A stretch of DNA of 64,000 nucleotides, from positions 2,944,001 through 3,008,000 of the forward strand of contig OZ242358.1 in assembly GCA_965208835.1 (NCBI GenBank), read 5' to 3'. The stretch comes from Candidatus Latescibacterota bacterium. Its GTDB lineage: Bacteria > Latescibacterota > UBA2968 > GCA-2709665. Shown one piece after another: positions 59,864-64,000 of this stretch. The notes below the pieces were generated by a model. It did not search any database. It was given only the letters and a program-made list of their open reading frames with translations, and was not told the DNA's origin. Numbering within the stretch: position 1 is the first letter of the stretch; each line of letters starts with the position of its first letter. The position numbers and the translations under genes are program-made.

Positions 59864-62008
59864 TCATCCCGCCTCGCCCTGCTCCATCAGCAGTTCCAGC
59901 GGATGGATGACTTTGATGCCGGTGCCCTCGCGCAGGTGGATGGCGCACACGCTGCTTTCGGTGACGATGGTATCCACATTCGCCTCCTGAAAGGCCTGGA
60001 ACAGCGGTTCTCCCACGGCCTGCGAGAGCTCGTATCCCAGCATTCCCTTCTTCATACCGAAGGTCCCCGCCATGCCGCAGCAAGTCCCCGTCTCAACCAG
60101 TTCGACCTGGGCGCCTCGGCGCCTCAGATAGTCCATCGCCTGCCTGCCGGCATCCAGGGGACGCTGGTGGCACGAGACGTGGAATCCGAAGCGGCGGCCC
60201 TTGTACAGACTCGTCTCTTCGCGGCCGCCGGCGAGCGTTTCGAGCATTTCCAGGTAAGCGAACAGTTCGTACGTCCGATCGGCCACCGCCACGGCATCCG
60301 AACGTCCGTGGAGCAGCTTGGGGTATGACACCTTGAGACAATAGGCCGCCGTCGGCTCCGTGGCCACCACATCGTAACCGGCCTCCACGTGGGGCATCAT
60401 CAGGCGGACGTTCTCGTCGGCCAGCTTCTCCGCCCGTTTCAGGTCGCCGTACCCGATGTAGGGATAGCCGCTGCCGCGCTGCCTTGGCAGAATGACCTCG
60501 CATCCGAGCGCTTCCAGCGCCCCAACCGCCGCCCGGCCCAGTTCCGGCGCATTGTAAGCCGCATATATATCCGCGAAGAATAACGCCTGGCGCACCGGGT
60601 CCTTCGACCGTTGTACCGCGCCCCGTTTCCTGAACCATTTCGGCAGCGTCTGGCGCGTGAACGGGGGCAACGCCCGTCTCCGGTCCACACCCGTAAACGC
60701 CTCCATCGCCCACCGGAACAACCCGTTCTTCATCATCCAGTTGGAGATGGGCGCCGTGGCGCAGCCGAACTTCGCCATCCCCTCCGCCGCCATCAGAATC
60801 CGGTTTACCCGGGGATGCCCGTTCTGCTCCCCGTCCCGGTCCTTCACGCCGGCGATCATCATAGGAATATCGATTCCGGCCGGACAGATCTCCTTGCAGA
60901 GCCCGCAGGAAACACAAAGCGGCGCGAATTCGGCGGCCTTATCCAGTCCGTGCACTTCCGACGTCCACGGGATCCCGATCGGCCCCGGATATATGTAGCC
61001 AAAAGTGTGCCCGCCCACCACGCCGTAGGTGGGGCAGATATTCATACAGGCGCCGCAGCGGATGCAATTCAACGCATCCTTGAACAGGGGATCTTCCCGC
61101 ATCCTGCTGCGCCCGTTGTCGAGTACGATGATATGCGACTCCCGCGGACTCCGACCGTCACCCACGCCAAGCGGAGACCTCCCCCCCATCATCGTCACGT
61201 ACGTCGTCAGATGCTGACCCACCGCGCTGATGGGATGCGCCAGCATCATCTGCAATGCATCCTCCACGGTGTCCACGATTTTCTCCCGACCCATGATGCA
61301 AATATGCACGTCGGGAATGCTGGACACGAGGCGCGCGTTGCCCTCGTTCGTCTCGATCACGATCGCGCCGGTCTCGGCCACCCCCACGTTCGCGCCTGTC
61401 ATCCCGATATCGGCATTCAGAAAAATCGGACGCAGATATTTCCGCACGATCCGCATGATGGCGTCGACGTCGTTCGGCACGTCCTGCTGCGTCACCTCCC
61501 GGAAGATCTCCGCCACCTCAACCGCAGTTTTGTGCACCGCGGGGAAGACGAGGTGAAAGGGTTTTTCATTCACCTTCTGTATGATCAACTCGCCCAGGTC
61601 CGTCTCGATTACATCCACGCCGGCCTCTTCCAGCGGATGATTCACTTCGATCTCCTCGCTCGTGAGAGACTTGGACTTGGCCACGGTCCTGGCGCCGCGT
61701 TTCTTCACAATGTCCAGAATGTATGAAATCGCGTCGGGGCCGTCGTTCGCCATGAATACACTGGCGCCGCGTTCCCGCACCTTCGTCGCAAACCGGTCCA
61801 CCAGCTCGTCCTGCTGCTCGAGACACCGGACCTTTACGGAGCGAACCTCATTCCGAAACCCCTCGCCTCCCGGCAGCGCGCCAACCGCCTTGTGCCGGCT
61901 GTCCCTCCCGCGCTTCATGGCGCGGTAGAGCGCCGACCGGCTGGATCGCTCTTTCAGCGCGCGATCGATCTTGTCTTCCAGTTGCTGATACCGGCCCTTC
62001 AACATCAT
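59864..62008 (-). CDS. LutB/LldF-type LUD + 4Fe-4S protein fused to C-terminal CCG domains
   Basis: KSKSLTSEEI, ETDLGELI, TNEGNARL, CIRCGACMNICP, CVSCGLCKEICP, CCGMAGTFG. Confidence 0.9.
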   Translation of the reverse strand: MMLKGRYQQLEDKIDRALKERSSRSALYRAMKRGRDSRHKAVGALPGGEGFRNEVRSVKVRCLEQQDELVDRFATKVRERGASVFMANDGPDAISYILDIVKKRGARTVAKSKSLTSEEIEVNHPLEEAGVDVIETDLGELIIQKVNEKPFHLVFPAVHKTAVEVAEIFREVTQQDVPNDVDAIMRIVRKYLRPIFLNADIGMTGANVGVAETGAIVIETNEGNARLVSSIPDVHICIMGREKIVDTVEDALQMMLAHPISAVGQHLTTYVTMMGGRSPLGVGDGRSPRESHIIVLDNGRSRMREDPLFKDALNCIRCGACMNICPTYGVVGGHTFGYIYPGPIGIPWTSEVHGLDKAAEFAPLCVSCGLCKEICPAGIDIPMMIAGVKDRDGEQNGHPRVNRILMAAEGMAKFGCATAPISNWMMKNGLFRWAMEAFTGVDRRRALPPFTRQTLPKWFRKRGAVQRSKDPVRQALFFADIYAAYNAPELGRAAVGALEALGCEVILPRQRGSGYPYIGYGDLKRAEKLADENVRLMMPHVEAGYDVVATEPTAAYCLKVSYPKLLHGRSDAVAVADRTYELFAYLEMLETLAGGREETSLYKGRRFGFHVSCHQRPLDAGRQAMDYLRRRGAQVELVETGTCCGMAGTFGMKKGMLGYELSQAVGEPLFQAFQEANVDTIVTESSVCAIHLREGTGIKVIHPLELLMEQGEAG

Positions 62009-62070
62009 CCCCGTCCTTTCGTTCCTGGCCTTTCACGTGTCCTTCCGAAACCCGTCCTGCAAATGGTGCT

Positions 62071-62637
62071 CTACTGGTCCAGGATGACCGCATGGGCCAT
62101 CTCCGGTCCGTGCACACCCAGCGTAAGCCGCATCTCGATATCCGCGGTGCGGCTCGGACCTGATATGAACGTTACCGTGGCGTTCTCCGGCTGCGCGGCC
62201 ATAAACGCCCGGATCCGCGGTCCGGCGTCCATCAAGGACTCCTGGATCTCCTCTGCGCGAACGATTCCCAGATGTATCCTCGGCAACGTGGATACCAGGC
62301 GTGTCGCGTCGTTTGTCGCGAATTCGACAAGCGCGCCGGCCTCCGCCACCGCGAACTCCGCCCATGACACCCCCACGTGGGCGGCGTCGATGGCGCCGGG
62401 AAGCGCGCTGCCGTCGTAGGGCGGCTTCAACAGGTCGACCCCAGCATCGACGCACCGCCCCTCCAGCGTCTTCATCAGCGCATCCGGGAGTTCGGCTGCG
62501 GCGAGGCGCGTGCCGCCGGCGTCGTGCAGGACGGCAAGCACCGCCTCGGCGACGGATTCCGTGCTGTCCGCCATGTGCACGCGTCCTGACAGCGTTTCGT
62601 ACTTTGAAACGAACCGTTCGATCACGTCTTCCGCCAT
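62071..62637 (-). CDS. LutC/YkgG (LUD domain) protein
   Basis: AVAEAGAL, RLVSTLP, FISGPSRTADIEMRLTLGVHGP. Confidence 0.92.
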   Translation of the reverse strand: MAEDVIERFVSKYETLSGRVHMADSTESVAEAVLAVLHDAGGTRLAAAELPDALMKTLEGRCVDAGVDLLKPPYDGSALPGAIDAAHVGVSWAEFAVAEAGALVEFATNDATRLVSTLPRIHLGIVRAEEIQESLMDAGPRIRAFMAAQPENATVTFISGPSRTADIEMRLTLGVHGPEMAHAVILDQ

Positions 62638-62983
62638 ATCCCCGTCCCCTTTCAATAATTCGTGGAAAATGCCCGGATCGGGCGCCATCAAGGTAATCGC
62701 AAAACGGCCTCCGGTCAACCGTCTCCCGGACGGACTGATCACCTTTTTCATTTGGCGCGATTCCCGCGGAAACGTATATTCATCAGACCTTGTTTTTCGC
62801 CGTCACCAGGCGATATCGTTCCGGCCGGCGCCGGTCGATTCGGTTCTTCCAGTCCGGCGAAAACGACCACGCCGCGAACCGGTTTTCCGCGCTGCGATCC
62901 GTTGGCTTCAGGATGCCGGACGGCCTGTAGATAAATCCACGAGCAGGCTCTTTTCCCAGCAAAGGATACAGGGAGCAATCCCC

Positions 62984-63979
62984 ATGTCGAATCCCATTCG
63001 TATTGTGCACATCGGACTCGGGCCGCTCGGCCAGATGCTCGGTCCCTATCTCACGGAAAAGGATCATTTGCAGGTTGTCGGCGCCGTCGACGTGGACCCC
63101 GAAAAGGCAGGCCTGAATCTGGGAACCGCGTACAACCTGGAGCGCCCCCTTGACGTCGCCGTCGCGGGATCACTGGACGCCGGAATGATGAAGGACGCCG
63201 ACGTGGCCGTTGTCACGACGGTGTCCGACCTCCAGGCGCTGCTCCCCACGCTCGAACAGGCATTGAACGGCGGCCTGGACGTCGTTTCAACCTGCGAGGA
63301 ACTGGCGTATCCCTGGGTTGCGGAGCCGGAACTCGCCCGGCGCGTCGACGATCTCGCGAAGGCGAACCGCGTGTCCGTACTGGGCACGGGCGTGAATCCG
63401 GGCTTTCTGATGGATTTTCTGCCCGCGGCAACGACGGCCGTATGCCGGAACGTGGAATCCATCTTGATCGAACGCATCCAGGACGCATCCCTGCGGCGTC
63501 TCCCCTTCCGTCAGAAGATCGGCGCCGGACTCTCCGTCGAAGCATTCCGGAAGCGCATCAAAAGCCGCCGGATCCGCCACGTCGGATTGACGCAATCCAT
63601 GCATATGGTGGCATCCAGACTCGGCTGGCGCCTTGAACGAACCGAGGATATCGTGGAACCGGTCGTCGCGCGAACGGACGTGCGGGGAACGGACTGGTCC
63701 GTTCAGGCCGGCAGGGCCACGGGTGTGAACCAGACGGGAAGGGGTTTTGTGGACGAGCGGGAGGTCCTCACCCTGGTGTTTCGCGCGACCGTGGGCGAAA
63801 CGCAACCCAGAGACCACATCCGCGTCTTCGGGACCCCTGAAATCGACCTTACGGTCAACGGTGGTATCAACGGAGACGTGGCCACGTGTTCGATCGTTAC
63901 CAATGCGATTCCGGTCATCCATCGGTCCCCGCCCGGCCTGCGCACCATGGTCGACATCGCCCCGATATCGGCGTTCTAG
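62984..63979 (+). CDS. 2,4-diaminopentanoate dehydrogenase-like / DapB-N NAD(P)-dependent oxidoreductase
   Basis: GLGPLG, VVSTCEELAYP, LGTGVNPGFLMD, KIGAGL, GDVAT, PGLRTM. Confidence 0.85.
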   Translation: MSNPIRIVHIGLGPLGQMLGPYLTEKDHLQVVGAVDVDPEKAGLNLGTAYNLERPLDVAVAGSLDAGMMKDADVAVVTTVSDLQALLPTLEQALNGGLDVVSTCEELAYPWVAEPELARRVDDLAKANRVSVLGTGVNPGFLMDFLPAATTAVCRNVESILIERIQDASLRRLPFRQKIGAGLSVEAFRKRIKSRRIRHVGLTQSMHMVASRLGWRLERTEDIVEPVVARTDVRGTDWSVQAGRATGVNQTGRGFVDEREVLTLVFRATVGETQPRDHIRVFGTPEIDLTVNGGINGDVATCSIVTNAIPVIHRSPPGLRTMVDIAPISAF

Positions 63980-64000
63980 GCCGAACGCGGACAGCCGTTT

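Overview
This is a GC-rich bacterial chromosomal segment. The gene content (tatA next to gatA, DUF6785, M28-FtsX, many sugar-acid enzymes) is most like FCB-superphylum Latescibacterota/Poribacteria-type lineages, which is an inference. 1-14.5 kb is housekeeping (argJ, an aminotransferase, accA, comEC, truA, an HtrA protease, pssA, tatA, gatA, gatB). It includes a 940-bp gap between the convergent accA and comEC genes that holds a sigma70-type promoter and an extensively base-paired ~480-nt candidate ncRNA. 14.5-40.9 kb holds catabolic and envelope genes, including a TPR / DUF6785 / giant M28-like-FtsX cluster, a SpeD-SpeE fusion and a 2-phosphoglycerate kinase. 40.9-53.8 kb is a visibly lower-GC island of secreted proteins. 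Four FG-GAP/VCBS genes are interleaved with decayed IS21-family ends and istA fragments, and a ~440-bp terminator-plus-promoter module is present twice. 54-64 kb holds an Ldh_2 oxidoreductase, two sigma54 activators linked by a UAS-IHF-(-24/-12) promoter, lutB/lutC-type genes and a DAP-dehydrogenase-like gene. Two MITEs and several REP-like palindromes are also present. All calls are by eye, with no database searches.
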